Of a stretch of 64,000 bases of DNA, positions 1 through 9,655 are shown in pieces; the stretch's first letter is position 1; each line of letters starts with the position of its first letter. Origin of the DNA: Dehalococcoidia bacterium (GTDB lineage: Bacteria > Chloroflexota > Dehalococcoidia > Bin125); assembly GCA_963663235.2 (NCBI GenBank), contig CAXXNO010000009.1, positions 84,580 through 148,579 of the forward strand. The letters are read 5' to 3'. A program made the position numbers and the translations under genes. Below the pieces are notes generated by a model, which had not been told where the DNA came from, searched no databases, and saw only the letters and a program-made list of their open reading frames with translations.

Positions 1-1063
1 CCATGCTGGTGGCGGCAAGGCCGGAGATCCCGACGGGCGGCTGGGCCCAAACGATGGAGCCGCGCTTGGCCTTGATCTCGATGGTGCGCATGACGCCGGT
101 GTTCATCGGCATCGGCGGCAGCACGCCCCCGAGCCCGATGAACACGGCGGAGGTCGTGGCCGCGATGGTGCAGTTGATGGCCGACTCGGCGGCGGTGTCG
201 CTTTCGGTGAGGTCGAAGATCGCGTGATCGCCATCGACCGTGAGGGTCAGCCTGATCGCCTTGGGCTCGCCGGTGTGGACGTCCTGGTCGATCCAGTCTT
301 CCGACTGGTACTGACCGTCCGGCAGGCTGGTCCAGGAGGAACGGGCCAAGCGCTCGGAGTGGTTCTGGACCTCCTCCATGGTGTCCAAGACGGTCGGCAG
401 GCCGAACTTCTCTATGAGGGCGAGGATGCGCTCCGCCCCGGCCTTGACGGCGGCCGTCTGGGCGTTGAGGTCTCCGACGCGCTCCCACGACTGCCGCATG
501 TTGGCCAGGAGCACGGTCAGGATGTCTTGATTCAGGACGCCTTCGCGATAGATGTGGAGGGCCGGGATCCGCACGCCCTCCTCAAAGTGGGAGCGGGCGC
601 GGGCGTTGAGGGAGCCCGGGGCGACGCCGCCGACGTCCGACCAGTGCGCGGTGGAGGTGGTGAAGGCGATGAGCCGGCCGTCGTGGAAGACCGGGTTCAC
701 CAAGTGGATGTCGTTGCAGTGGGTGCTGGCGACGTAGGGGTCGTTGATCATGTAGATGTCGCCGGGCTTCATGTTCTCGAGGCCGATGGCCCGGACGACC
801 TCGGGCACGGTCAAGAGCGTCAGTCCCACGAAGGCCGGGAGGTCGAACTGGCCCTGGGAGACGAGCTTGCCGTGGCGGTCGTAGACGGAGCCGGAGAAGT
901 CCCGTCCCTCGTTCACGGGCGTGGAGTAGGCGGTCTTGGCGACCACCAAGGCCATCTCGTTGCTGACGGCCCCGAAGGCGTTGCGCAGCACTTCAAAGGT
1001 GATGGGATCGACCTTCAGATCCGCGGCGCCGGCAGGCGCCGCCTCCTGGCTCTGTTGCGACAT
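1..1063 (-). CDS. Hydantoinase B/oxoprolinase family protein (3' end runs off window)
   Basis: Manual translation MSQQSQEAAPAGAADLKVDPITFEVLRNAFGAVSNEMALVVAKTAYSTPVNEGRDFSG; close paralog of 42631-44391. Confidence 0.9.
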   Translation of the reverse strand, partial: MSQQSQEAAPAGAADLKVDPITFEVLRNAFGAVSNEMALVVAKTAYSTPVNEGRDFSGSVYDRHGKLVSQGQFDLPAFVGLTLLTVPEVVRAIGLENMKPGDIYMINDPYVASTHCNDIHLVNPVFHDGRLIAFTTSTAHWSDVGGVAPGSLNARARSHFEEGVRIPALHIYREGVLNQDILTVLLANMRQSWERVGDLNAQTAAVKAGAERILALIEKFGLPTVLDTMEEVQNHSERLARSSWTSLPDGQYQSEDWIDQDVHTGEPKAIRLTLTVDGDHAIFDLTESDTAAESAINCTIAATTSAVFIGLGGVLPPMPMNTGVMRTIEIKAKRGSIVWAQPPVGISGLAATSM

Positions 1064-1183
1064 GCATGCCCCTTCCCTCGATGCGCGGCTATCGGCGCCA
1101 GGCTAGCACCGGAGCCCGAGCGGGGCCACGCTCGTACCGGGTTGCGGGACGGGCTAGCATAGCGAGCGCGGAAAGGACGACCC

Positions 1184-2092
1184 ATGGCATCTCCCCAACT
1201 GCAAGAAATGGTCCAGAAGATGCGAGCCGCGCCCGTGCTGGACCCCAGCATGAGCGTGGCCGAGCTGCGCGCGGCCTACAACGCCGTCACCTACCCGATG
1301 CCGCCGAACACGACCCTGACGCCCGTGAACGTGAAGGGTGTCTCGGCCGAGTGGGCCGTGGCGGAGGGGGCCGACCCGACGCGCCGCGTGCTCTATTTTC
1401 ACGGCGGCGGCTACGTCATCGGCAACGTGGTGACGCACCGCGACCTGGCGGCCGCGATCTCCCACGCCAGCGGCTGCGCGGCGCTGAACGTGGACTACCG
1501 GCTGGGGCCCGAGCATCGGTTCCCGGCCGCCGTCGATGACGCTGTGGCCGCCTATCGCTGGATGCGCGCGAACGGACCCGACGGCGCCTCGCCGGCCGCC
1601 GCCACCTTCATCCTGGGAGACTCCGCGGGCGGCGGCCTGACGCTGGCCATGATGCTGGCCCTCCGCGACACGGGCGCTCCCCTGCCCGACGCGGCGGTCA
1701 CCATCTCCGCCTGGACCGACCTGGCCAACAGCGGCGACGCGATCAAAGGCCGCGCCGAGGCCGATCCTCGACTGAGCCTGGAGATGCTGGAATCGATGGC
1801 GTCGAACTACCTAGGCGACACGGACCCGAAGACGCCGCTGGCGTCGCCGCTGTACGCGGACGCGACCGGGCTGCCACCGCTCCTCATGCAGGTGGGCGAC
1901 GCGGAGATCGTGCTGGACGACACGACGCGGTTCGCGGCCAAGGCGCGCGCCGCCGGCGTCGACGTGACGGAAGAGGTGTGGCCGGAGATGTTCCACGTCT
2001 GGCAGCACCAGTGGGCGGCGCTGCCGGAAGGGCAGGAGGCGGTCGACCGGATCGGGGCGTACCTCAAGGAGCACGTGCCCGCGACGGGCTAG
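1184..2092 (+). CDS. Alpha/beta hydrolase, HSL-family esterase
   Basis: HGGG oxyanion motif, GDSAGG nucleophile elbow, MFHVW catalytic His. Confidence 0.9.
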   Translation: MASPQLQEMVQKMRAAPVLDPSMSVAELRAAYNAVTYPMPPNTTLTPVNVKGVSAEWAVAEGADPTRRVLYFHGGGYVIGNVVTHRDLAAAISHASGCAALNVDYRLGPEHRFPAAVDDAVAAYRWMRANGPDGASPAAATFILGDSAGGGLTLAMMLALRDTGAPLPDAAVTISAWTDLANSGDAIKGRAEADPRLSLEMLESMASNYLGDTDPKTPLASPLYADATGLPPLLMQVGDAEIVLDDTTRFAAKARAAGVDVTEEVWPEMFHVWQHQWAALPEGQEAVDRIGAYLKEHVPATG

Positions 2093-2118
2093 CCGCGCTG
2101 CGGCGGAAGGAGAGTCCC

Positions 2119-2697
2119 ATGTCAGAGCCTCGGCTTGTCCCCGGGGACGCCCTGCTGATCGTCGATATGCAGAACGACTTCTTACCCGGCGGCCTGTTGC
2201 CCCTGGAGAGCGGCCTGGAGGTGATCCCCGTCCTCAACCGCTGGATCGAAGCCGCCAGCAAGGCGGGTTACCCCATCTTCGCATCGCGCGACTGGCATGC
2301 GGCGAGCCACGTCAGCTTCGTGGAGCGCGGCGGGCCCTGGCCGGTGCACTGCCTGATGAACACGCCGGGCGCCGAGATCAGCCCGGACCTGAAGTTGCCG
2401 CCGGACGCAGTCATCATCGACAAGGGAAGCGAGCCGGACAAAGAGGCGTACTCGGCGTTCGACGGCACGGAGTTGGGCGAGCATCTGCGGCGCGGGGGCG
2501 TGAGGCGGCTGTGGGTTGGGGGGGTGGCGCTGGACTATTGCGTGCGCGCCAGCGTGCTGGACGGGGTGAAGTTGGGAGCCTTCGAGGTGCACCTCATCCT
2601 CGACGCCACCCGCGCGGCCGACGTGGAGCCGGGAGACGGCGAGCGTGCGGTGGAGGAGATGCGGACGGCCGGGGCGCTCATCGAGGAAGTGGCCTGA
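2119..2697 (+). CDS. pncA: Nicotinamidase
   Basis: IVDMQNDF, DWH, WPVHC and ALDYCV motifs; AAGGAG RBS; adjacent to pncB. Confidence 0.9.
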   Translation: MSEPRLVPGDALLIVDMQNDFLPGGLLPLESGLEVIPVLNRWIEAASKAGYPIFASRDWHAASHVSFVERGGPWPVHCLMNTPGAEISPDLKLPPDAVIIDKGSEPDKEAYSAFDGTELGEHLRRGGVRRLWVGGVALDYCVRASVLDGVKLGAFEVHLILDATRAADVEPGDGERAVEEMRTAGALIEEVA

Positions 2698-2699
2698 CG

Positions 2700-4079
2700 A
2701 TGAGCGAGGGCGTGTCGCCGCGCCGCGCGTGGGTCACGGACGCCAACGCCGCCCTCCTGACCGACCTCTACCAACTCAAGATGCTCCAGGCCTACCTGCG
2801 CGAGGGCCTGGTGGAGACCGCCGTCTTCGACCTGTTCGCGCGCCGGCTCCCGCGGCAGCGCAACTACCTGGTCGCGGCCGGGCTGGACGACGCCCTGCAC
2901 TACCTGGAGACGATGACGTTCTCCGCGGAAGCGCTGGAGTATATCGCCTCGCTGCCGCAGTTCTCGCGCGAGTTCGTCGATTACCTGGCCACGTTCCGCT
3001 TCCGCGGCGACGTGTACGCGGCGCCGGAGGGCACGGTGGTGTTCGCGGAGGAGCCCATCATCGAAGTCGTTGCACCCGTCCATGAGGCGCAACTGGTGGA
3101 GAGCTTCCTGCTCAACCAGATCCACTTCCAGACCGTGGTGGCCTCCAAGGCGGCCAGGGTAGTGAGCGCCGCCGGCGGCCGGCCCGTCATCGAGTTCGGC
3201 CTGCGGCGGCTGCACGGCACCGACGCCGGGATGAAGGCCGCGCGGGCCGCTTACATCGCCGGCGTCGCGGCCACATCCAACGTGCTGGCCGCGCAGGTCT
3301 ACGGCATCGAGCCCAGCGGCACCATGGCGCACTCCTACATCGAGGCGCACGAGGACGAATACAGCGCCTTCCGCGAGTACGTGGCCCTGTACCCGGAGAC
3401 CGTGCTCCTGGTCGACACCTACGACACGCTCCACAGCGTCCGCGAGGTGGTGCGACTGGCGCGCGAGCTGGGGCCGGAGTTCCGGGTGAGCGCGATCCGC
3501 CTCGACTCGGGGGACATCGCGACCCTGGCGAAGGATGCGCGCCAGATCCTGGACGAGGGCGGACTCCCGCAGGTGGAGATCTTCGTGAGCGGCAGCCTGG
3601 ACGAGTACATCGTGGCGGAGCTGCTGGAGAAAGGCGCGCCGATCGACGCCTTCGCCGTGGGCACGCACATGGGCATCTCCGCGGACGCGCCCTACGTCGA
3701 CAGCGCCTACAAGCTGGTCGCGTACGGCGGGCGCGGGCGGATGAAGCTCTCGACGGGCAAGACGATCTTGCCGGGACGGAAGCAAGTGTTTCGCACGGGC
3801 GAAGGCAGCGACGACGCGCACGACGTCATCGCGCTACACGAGGAAACGCTGCCGGGCCGTCCGCTGCTGCTGCCGGTGATGCGCGGGGGAAAGCGGCTCC
3901 CGGCGGGGCGGGCCACGCTATCCGAGGCGCGCGATTTCGCCCGCGACGAGCTGGCGCGCCTGCCCGCGCGGTTGCACAGCCTGGCGCCCGCGGATCCGGC
4001 CTATCGGGTCGAGATCAGTCCCGCTCTCGGCGCCGAGCGCGACCGCATCCGCCAGGACATCGAACGAGCGATAGGATAG
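2700..4079 (+). CDS. pncB: Nicotinate phosphoribosyltransferase
   Basis: LLTDLYQL, EFGLRR, GTMAHS, LVDTYD and IRLDSGD motifs. Confidence 0.95.
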   Translation: MSEGVSPRRAWVTDANAALLTDLYQLKMLQAYLREGLVETAVFDLFARRLPRQRNYLVAAGLDDALHYLETMTFSAEALEYIASLPQFSREFVDYLATFRFRGDVYAAPEGTVVFAEEPIIEVVAPVHEAQLVESFLLNQIHFQTVVASKAARVVSAAGGRPVIEFGLRRLHGTDAGMKAARAAYIAGVAATSNVLAAQVYGIEPSGTMAHSYIEAHEDEYSAFREYVALYPETVLLVDTYDTLHSVREVVRLARELGPEFRVSAIRLDSGDIATLAKDARQILDEGGLPQVEIFVSGSLDEYIVAELLEKGAPIDAFAVGTHMGISADAPYVDSAYKLVAYGGRGRMKLSTGKTILPGRKQVFRTGEGSDDAHDVIALHEETLPGRPLLLPVMRGGKRLPAGRATLSEARDFARDELARLPARLHSLAPADPAYRVEISPALGAERDRIRQDIERAIG

Positions 4080-4099
4080 CCGCCCAGCGCGCTCACGGA

Positions 4100-5167
4100 T
4101 CAGCTGAGGGCGCCCCCGCAGCTGGAGCCCGCCCCCGCGGTGCAGCCGAAGCAGTGCGGCCCCACCGTGATCCGCCGGGCCGCGGCGGCGGCGAGATCGA
4201 CGTCGAAAATTGTCTGGGGGGCGTCGTCCGCGCAAGCGATCTCCAGCATCTGGTTGAAGTCGCAGTCGTAGAGACGGCCGTCCCAGCCGACGGACAGCGT
4301 GGAGCGACACATCAAAGCGGGAACCGTGGCCGGATTGAACGACGCGACCAGGAGATGCAAGTAGTCCTCCAGGTTGCCGGAATCGTGGAGGTACTCCAGG
4401 AAGCGGCCGATCGGCATGTTGGTCAGCGTGTAGAGATCGTTGAAGGCGATGCCGTAGCGGCGATCCAACTCGCGCCGCCAGTCGCGCGCGGCCGCGGCCT
4501 GGTCCGGCGGGAGGAAGGCGCCCACCGGGTTGAGCACGAGATTCAGCACCAAGCCGCTGCCCTCGCGCCCGTACCCGAGCGCGTTCAGCCGTCGCAGGGC
4601 TGTGATACTGGCGTCGAAGACACCGGCGCCGCGCTGGGCGTCGGTCTGCTGTGCGAGGTAATACGGCAGCGAGGCCACCACCTCGACCTCTCGATCCGCC
4701 AGAAAGGCGGGGAGGTCGTCGTAGTTGGGCAACAGCAGAGCGGTGAGGTTGGCGCGATCGATGACGTGGCGCCCCAGGCCGCGCGCCCGCTCCACGATCT
4801 CCCGAAACTGCGGATGCAACTCCGGCGCCCCGCCGGTAATGTCCAGCGTCGGGATGTCGCTGCGGGCCAGGAGGTCCAAGCAGGCATCGACGACGTCGGA
4901 GGGCATCACCTCCGGCCGGTCCGGACCGGCATCGACATGGCAGTGACGGCAGGTCTGGTTACAGCGCTTGCCGACGTTGACCTGGAGCACGTCGATCGTC
5001 ACCGCGCGGAGCGGGCCGTCGCCCGCGCGCGCGACGGCCTGGGCAAACGACCCCGCGATCGGGATCGCGTCCAGCGCCCGGCGCTGCACCGCGACGTCCG
5101 CGAGAGCGTGGCCGCGCCTACGCAGCGATCCCGTCAGGGCCTGCGTGGCAGTGGGTGCGCCCGTCAC
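4100..5167 (-). CDS. arsS: Arsenosugar biosynthesis radical SAM protein ArsS-like
   Basis: QVNVGKRCNQTCRHCHVDAGP radical SAM motif; YDCDFNQML; C-terminal HCFGCTAGAGSSCGG. Confidence 0.85.
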   Translation of the reverse strand: MTGAPTATQALTGSLRRRGHALADVAVQRRALDAIPIAGSFAQAVARAGDGPLRAVTIDVLQVNVGKRCNQTCRHCHVDAGPDRPEVMPSDVVDACLDLLARSDIPTLDITGGAPELHPQFREIVERARGLGRHVIDRANLTALLLPNYDDLPAFLADREVEVVASLPYYLAQQTDAQRGAGVFDASITALRRLNALGYGREGSGLVLNLVLNPVGAFLPPDQAAAARDWRRELDRRYGIAFNDLYTLTNMPIGRFLEYLHDSGNLEDYLHLLVASFNPATVPALMCRSTLSVGWDGRLYDCDFNQMLEIACADDAPQTIFDVDLAAAAARRITVGPHCFGCTAGAGSSCGGALS

Positions 5168-5505
5168 ATCGACAGTTTCGCGACGTGGTCACGCATCTGG
5201 ACGCCGTGCACCAGCGTCGAGCCGCCGGTGATCGCGGAGGCGACGTGCACCGCCTCGGTCATCTGCGCGATGTTGGAGCCCTTCTCCAAGGACGCCTGAC
5301 TGTAAGCGTCGATGCAGTAGGGGCATTGCACCGCGTGCGCCACGCCCAAGGCGATGAGAGCCTTCTCGCGCGCGCTGAGAGCGCCCTCCTCGAACACGGC
5401 GCCGTACCAGGCGGAAAACTTTTCCCACAGATCGGGCGCCTCTTCCCCCATCTGCGCGAATTGCCCCAGCCCGTCCCGGCTGTAGTACGGGTGCTCGTTC
5501 GCCAT
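5164..5505 (-). CDS. Arsenosugar biosynthesis-associated peroxidase-like (CMD/AhpD) protein
   Basis: LSAREKALIALGVAHAVQCPYCIDAY; stop overlaps arsS start. Confidence 0.85.
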   Translation of the reverse strand: MANEHPYYSRDGLGQFAQMGEEAPDLWEKFSAWYGAVFEEGALSAREKALIALGVAHAVQCPYCIDAYSQASLEKGSNIAQMTEAVHVASAITGGSTLVHGVQMRDHVAKLSM

Positions 5506-5559
5506 CGCATGCCTCCTCCCAGCCACCGCCCGTGGATCGGCGCGGCCCGCCGGGAGATA

Positions 5560-6792
5560 TTACGCCTCAGCCTGCATGCCAGATCGCTGCGCCTCCCGGC
5601 CGCCGCCAGCGAGCGGCCAGGGCTCCACGGCCAGCGGATCCTCCGCCGCGGCGTCGCGCACGCGCAGGGCAACGCCCCCGCTGAGCGTCTTCTCCAGCAG
5701 ATCGCCGCACAACTCCGCGCGCCAGCCCTGCAGCAAGGAGGGCATCGCCTCCGTCTTGGCGTCCGCCAGGCGCCAGGCGACGAGATCGCGCAAGGCGTGC
5801 GCGCTGCCCACCAAACCGGCATCGACCTGCCGCTCGGCGCAAAGGGACTCCAGCACCGCCTCCAGCAAGAGCCCCAGCATGCGGCTCTGGGGCGGCGGCC
5901 GCCCGGGGCGGCGGCGGGCCGGCAGCTCCGACTCCGGCAGCCGCAGCGCCCGCTCGACGGCGGCCAGCAGGGCCTCCACGTCCCGGGCGCGGATACGCTC
6001 CGTGCCGCGCAGGCGTCGCAGATCCTCGGGCGCGCGGGGCAGGGCCTGGGCGATTGCCGTGATGAGGTGGTCCGGCAGCACCCAGCCGCGCGGCAGGTCT
6101 CGGCTCTGCGCCGTCGTTTCGCGCCACTCTCCAATCTCCCGCACCACCGCGAGCGCCCGACGGCCGAAACCCTGGCTGCCGCCGACTCGCTCCCAGCGTG
6201 GCGCGCTCAAGTCCTTCTGCACCGCTGCGAGGCGGCGCTCGGTCTCCTCCGTCAGCCAGCCGTCTCGCTTGAGCCGCGCAAGCCGCTCCCGCAGTCGCTC
6301 CCAGAGGGGGATGAGGTAGCGCACGTCTTCCAGGGCGTAAGACAGTTGCGCGTCCGCCAAGGGACGGCGCAGCCAATCGGTGCGCGCCTGCCCCTGCCGG
6401 GGACGGGCACGGACGACGCGCTCCACCAGGTTGGCGTAGGAAAGTGGATAGCGCTCACCAAGCAGGCCCGCGGCCAGTTGCACATCGAAGAGAGCGCCGG
6501 GCAGCGCGCCGGCGGCCGCCAGGCAGAAGCGGGTCTCCTGCTCACCGGCGTGCACCACGGTCGTGACCGTGGGATCGGCGACTAAGCGCCAGAGCGCGCT
6601 CAGGTCCGGCACGGCCAGCGGGTCGATGGCGACGATCCGCTCCGCGGTCGCCACCTGCACCAGGCCCAGTTGCGGGTGGTAGGTCCGCTCGGAGACGAAC
6701 TCCGTGTCCAGAGCGAACAACCCGGCGCGCGCGATGTCATCGCAGAGCCGGGAGACCGAGGCGGGATCGTCCAGGAGGGACAGATCGGTCAC
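5560..6792 (-). CDS. rnd: Ribonuclease D
   Basis: ALDTEF exonuclease motif, TDWLRRPL...YALEDV, HRDC-like C-terminal region. Confidence 0.9.
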   Translation of the reverse strand: MTDLSLLDDPASVSRLCDDIARAGLFALDTEFVSERTYHPQLGLVQVATAERIVAIDPLAVPDLSALWRLVADPTVTTVVHAGEQETRFCLAAAGALPGALFDVQLAAGLLGERYPLSYANLVERVVRARPRQGQARTDWLRRPLADAQLSYALEDVRYLIPLWERLRERLARLKRDGWLTEETERRLAAVQKDLSAPRWERVGGSQGFGRRALAVVREIGEWRETTAQSRDLPRGWVLPDHLITAIAQALPRAPEDLRRLRGTERIRARDVEALLAAVERALRLPESELPARRRPGRPPPQSRMLGLLLEAVLESLCAERQVDAGLVGSAHALRDLVAWRLADAKTEAMPSLLQGWRAELCGDLLEKTLSGGVALRVRDAAAEDPLAVEPWPLAGGGREAQRSGMQAEA

Positions 6793-6862
6793 ACGTCCAT
6801 GCTAGCGCCGGTTCATCCAGCGCACGACGCGTGTCGGCCCGGCGCATCCCCATCGACGGTTC

Positions 6863-7199
6863 CGGCGGCGGCTGTGTGGGGGAAACGACCTCACCCCCTC
6901 ACCCCCTCACCCCCTCTCCATCGGCAAGCGATGGAGAGGGGGGACCGGAATGCCTGCGCCCGCCGCTGGTCAAGCTGGAGAACGTGCTGTGACGGAGCGC
7001 CGACCCGGGGTGCTGCTTTTGGAGAACGGCGGCGGCTCTGTGGGGGAAACGACCTCACCCCCTCACCCCCTCTCCATCGGCAAGCGATGGAGAGGGGGGA
7101 CCGGAATGCCTGCGCCCGCCGCTGGCCAAGCTAGAGAACGTGCTGTGACGGAACGTCGACCCGGCGTGCTGCTTTTGGAGGACGGCGGCGGCTGTGTGG
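6863..7199. repeat. Tandem array of about 156-164 bp units (2 full plus a partial), each a GC hairpin plus a copy of the carA 5' region
   Basis: Units start at 6863, 7027 and 7183; contain CCCCCTCTCCATCG-GCAAG-CGATGGAGAGGGGG and GTGACGGAGCGCCGACCCGGGGTGCTGCTTTTGGAG, matching 15831-15935. Confidence 0.9.
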
Positions 7200-7231
7200 T
7201 ACGGTGAGAGCCGCTGCCGCCGGAGGGCAAG

Positions 7232-7348
7232 ATGAAAGTCCGTGCCTCGATCAAAAAGCGATCCAAGGACGACAAGATCGTCCGGCGTAAGGGTCGCGTG
7301 TACATCATCAACAAGAAGAATCCCCGCAACAAGCAGCGACAGGGCTAG
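7232..7348 (+). CDS. rpmJ: 50S ribosomal protein L36, Cys-free (zinc-independent) type
   Basis: Manual translation [38 protein letters not shown]; GGAGG RBS; too short for the ORF track. Confidence 0.95.
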   Translation: MKVRASIKKRSKDDKIVRRKGRVYIINKKNPRNKQRQG

Positions 7349-7369
7349 CGTCCCAACGGCCGACAAGGG

Positions 7370-8308
7370 ATGAACCCAACCCGCCACGCCCTGCTCTGGC
7401 TCGCGGCCAAGCCGGCCGTCGGAAGCTGGCTGGAGCGGAGCCCGCTGTGCGAGCGGCTCATCCGCCGCTTCGTCGCCGGCCGAACCAGCGCCGAAGCCCT
7501 CGCCGCGGCCGCTCCCTTGGTCGCGCAGGGATACGGGGTCACCTTTTCCTACCTCGGTGAAGACGTAGCGACCGAGGCAGAGGCCGAGGAAGCGGTCGAG
7601 GAGTATCTGGCCCTGATCGCCGCGGTCGGCGCAGCCAGCGTCGCGAAGAGGACGAAGATCGCGGTGAAGCCGTCGCTGATCGGGCTCCAGCTCGCGCCGG
7701 CCGCCGCGTTGCGCAACCTCGAGCGCATCCTCGTGGCGACGGCCCAGCATGAAATGTCCGTGGAGCTGGACATGGAGCGCTCGGCCTTCGTGGATAGCAC
7801 GCTGACGTTGTACCGCGCCGCGCGCGAGCATCACGCGACCCTCGGTGTTGCGTTGCAGGCTTCCCTGCGCCGCACGGAGGCCGACCTGCAGGCGCTCCTG
7901 GACGAACAGATCGCGAACGTGCGCCTGGTCAAGGGGGCCTACGATGAGCCCGCGAGCGTGGCGTATCGCTCGCGGGCGGCGATCGAGCGGGCCTACCAGC
8001 GCCTCCTACGCGCCATGCTCTCGTCCCAAGGCACCTCGGCGGGGGCGTTCACGGCGGTCGCCACGCACGACCTGCGGCTCATCGCGACCGCGCGCACGCT
8101 CTCGTTTCGGCAGCGGATCGCGCCGGACCGCTGGGAGGTGCAGATGCTGTACGGCGTGCGGCGTCCGCTGCAAGAGCGCCTGCGGCGCGACGGCTACCCC
8201 ATGCGAGTCTACCTCCCCTACGGGGAGCGCTGGTACCCCTACTTCGTCCGCCGGTTGGCGGAGCGCCCCGCCAACCTCTGGTTCGCGCTGCGGCAGCTGT
8301 TGCCCTAG
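7370..8308 (+). CDS. Proline dehydrogenase (monofunctional)
   Basis: RRFVAG, LDME, VRLVKGAY, ATHD, QMLYGVR and YFVRRLAERPAN motifs. Confidence 0.9.
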   Translation: MNPTRHALLWLAAKPAVGSWLERSPLCERLIRRFVAGRTSAEALAAAAPLVAQGYGVTFSYLGEDVATEAEAEEAVEEYLALIAAVGAASVAKRTKIAVKPSLIGLQLAPAAALRNLERILVATAQHEMSVELDMERSAFVDSTLTLYRAAREHHATLGVALQASLRRTEADLQALLDEQIANVRLVKGAYDEPASVAYRSRAAIERAYQRLLRAMLSSQGTSAGAFTAVATHDLRLIATARTLSFRQRIAPDRWEVQMLYGVRRPLQERLRRDGYPMRVYLPYGERWYPYFVRRLAERPANLWFALRQLLP

Positions 8309-8551
8309 CGCCCTGCCATAACGCCCGGGACGCGCCCCGCCCTCAGGGAAATCCCGGAGACCGCAGGGGTCGTAGTGGAGCGTGGTCGCCGTGATGGGGC
8401 CATTTACCGATGCGCCGGCACCGCGTCCCGCACCTACGCTGAACTCCAGTGCAAGAGAACGGCGGCCCGCGCATCGCGAAGAGCGCGGGTCCCGGTCACG
8501 ACATCGAGTCCGGCCAGGCCGGCGGACCGGCAGCAGAAAAGGAGCAGTGGG

Positions 8552-9067
8552 ATGACCGACCTCAGCAGCGCGAACGAAGGCGAGCGCCACGACCCAGACG
8601 AGAGCGCCGGTACGGAACAGCTCGTCGTCATGCGGCTGGCGAACGAGGACTACGGCGTGGACATCACCACCGTCCGCGAGATCATCCGCATGCAGAAGAT
8701 CACCGACGTGCCGCAGGCGCCGACCTATGTGGAAGGCATCATTAACTTGCGGGGCTCGGTGATCCCCGTCGTGGATCTGCGCAAGCGCTTCGGGCTATCC
8801 GCCGCCGAGGAATCGGCCGATACGCGGATCGTGGTGGTGGACGTCAAGGATCACACCGTGGGGCTCGTGGTGGACGGCGTGTCCGAGGTAATCTCCGTAC
8901 CGGCGAACTCGATCGAGCCGGTGGGGAACTTCGCCGGCGGCTCCATGGCCAACGACCTGCGCGGCATCGTGAACCTGAGCGAGAAGATGATCATCCTGAT
9001 CAACCTGGAGACGATGCTCGACGCGATCGCCGGCACGGAACTGGAAGAGGCCGTTCGCGTCTCCTGA
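8552..9067 (+). CDS. cheW: Chemotaxis adaptor CheW
   Basis: YGVDITTVREI, VEGIINLRGSVIPVVDLRKRF, VGLVVDGVSEV. Confidence 0.9.
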   Translation: MTDLSSANEGERHDPDESAGTEQLVVMRLANEDYGVDITTVREIIRMQKITDVPQAPTYVEGIINLRGSVIPVVDLRKRFGLSAAEESADTRIVVVDVKDHTVGLVVDGVSEVISVPANSIEPVGNFAGGSMANDLRGIVNLSEKMIILINLETMLDAIAGTELEEAVRVS

Positions 9068-9159
9068 CAGCGACTGCCGGCCCGCGCCCCTTGGCCGCGC
9101 CTGCGCTATTCTGAGCCGCAGATTCACAGCCATCGGCGGCTCAGAGCAGGGAGAGGCGC

Positions 9160-9645
9160 GTGAGCGAAGCGGCCGCTGCGGACCGGGGTCCAGGCGTTAC
9201 CCCTAACGAGACCGGCGAGCCCGACTGGCTGGAGTCGCTGGAATACATTCGCCAGACCTACGAGTTCATCGCCGGGAAGGCGCTCTTCGGCGCACATCTG
9301 GACGCGGTGGAGCGGGGTCGCGCTGTTTTCAAGCTGCCGATCTCGCCCATGCTGGGCGGGGGCGTGGCCGGCGGGGTGCACGGCGGCGTGCTGTCCGCTC
9401 TGGCGGACATCGCCGTCGTTTCCGCGGTGCGCACGGTCTGCGTCCAGGGAGACGTGATGCGCGGCACCGCCGAACTGAACATCTCCTACCTGCGCCCGGC
9501 GATCGGGCGGGAGTTAACGGTGACCGGCAGCATTCTGAAGAAGGGCAGCAGCCTGGCGGTCGGCGATGCCGAGATCCACAACGACGAGGGCAAGCTGATC
9601 GCCAAGGCGCGCGTCACCTACGTGCTGGGGCAGGACGGAGGCTAG
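9160..9645 (+). CDS. PaaI family thioesterase
   Basis: GVHGGVLSALAD and ELNISYLRP hot-dog motifs. Confidence 0.85.
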   Translation: MSEAAAADRGPGVTPNETGEPDWLESLEYIRQTYEFIAGKALFGAHLDAVERGRAVFKLPISPMLGGGVAGGVHGGVLSALADIAVVSAVRTVCVQGDVMRGTAELNISYLRPAIGRELTVTGSILKKGSSLAVGDAEIHNDEGKLIAKARVTYVLGQDGG

Positions 9646-9655
9646 CGGCACCCCC

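Noticed and set aside
224-1162. Long ORF-track entries antisense or out of frame to real genes (e.g. 224-1162, 2535-3821, 5155-6585, 14301-15548, 42619-44025)
   Set aside because: Shadow ORFs typical of high-GC DNA, with no recognisable motifs.
4100-4135. Selenocysteine in the ArsS C-terminal motif
   Set aside because: The codon is TGC (GSSCGG); the TGA follows the complete motif.
6863-7199. CRISPR array
   Set aside because: Whole units repeat with no unique spacers, the sequence matches the carA start, and no cas genes are present.
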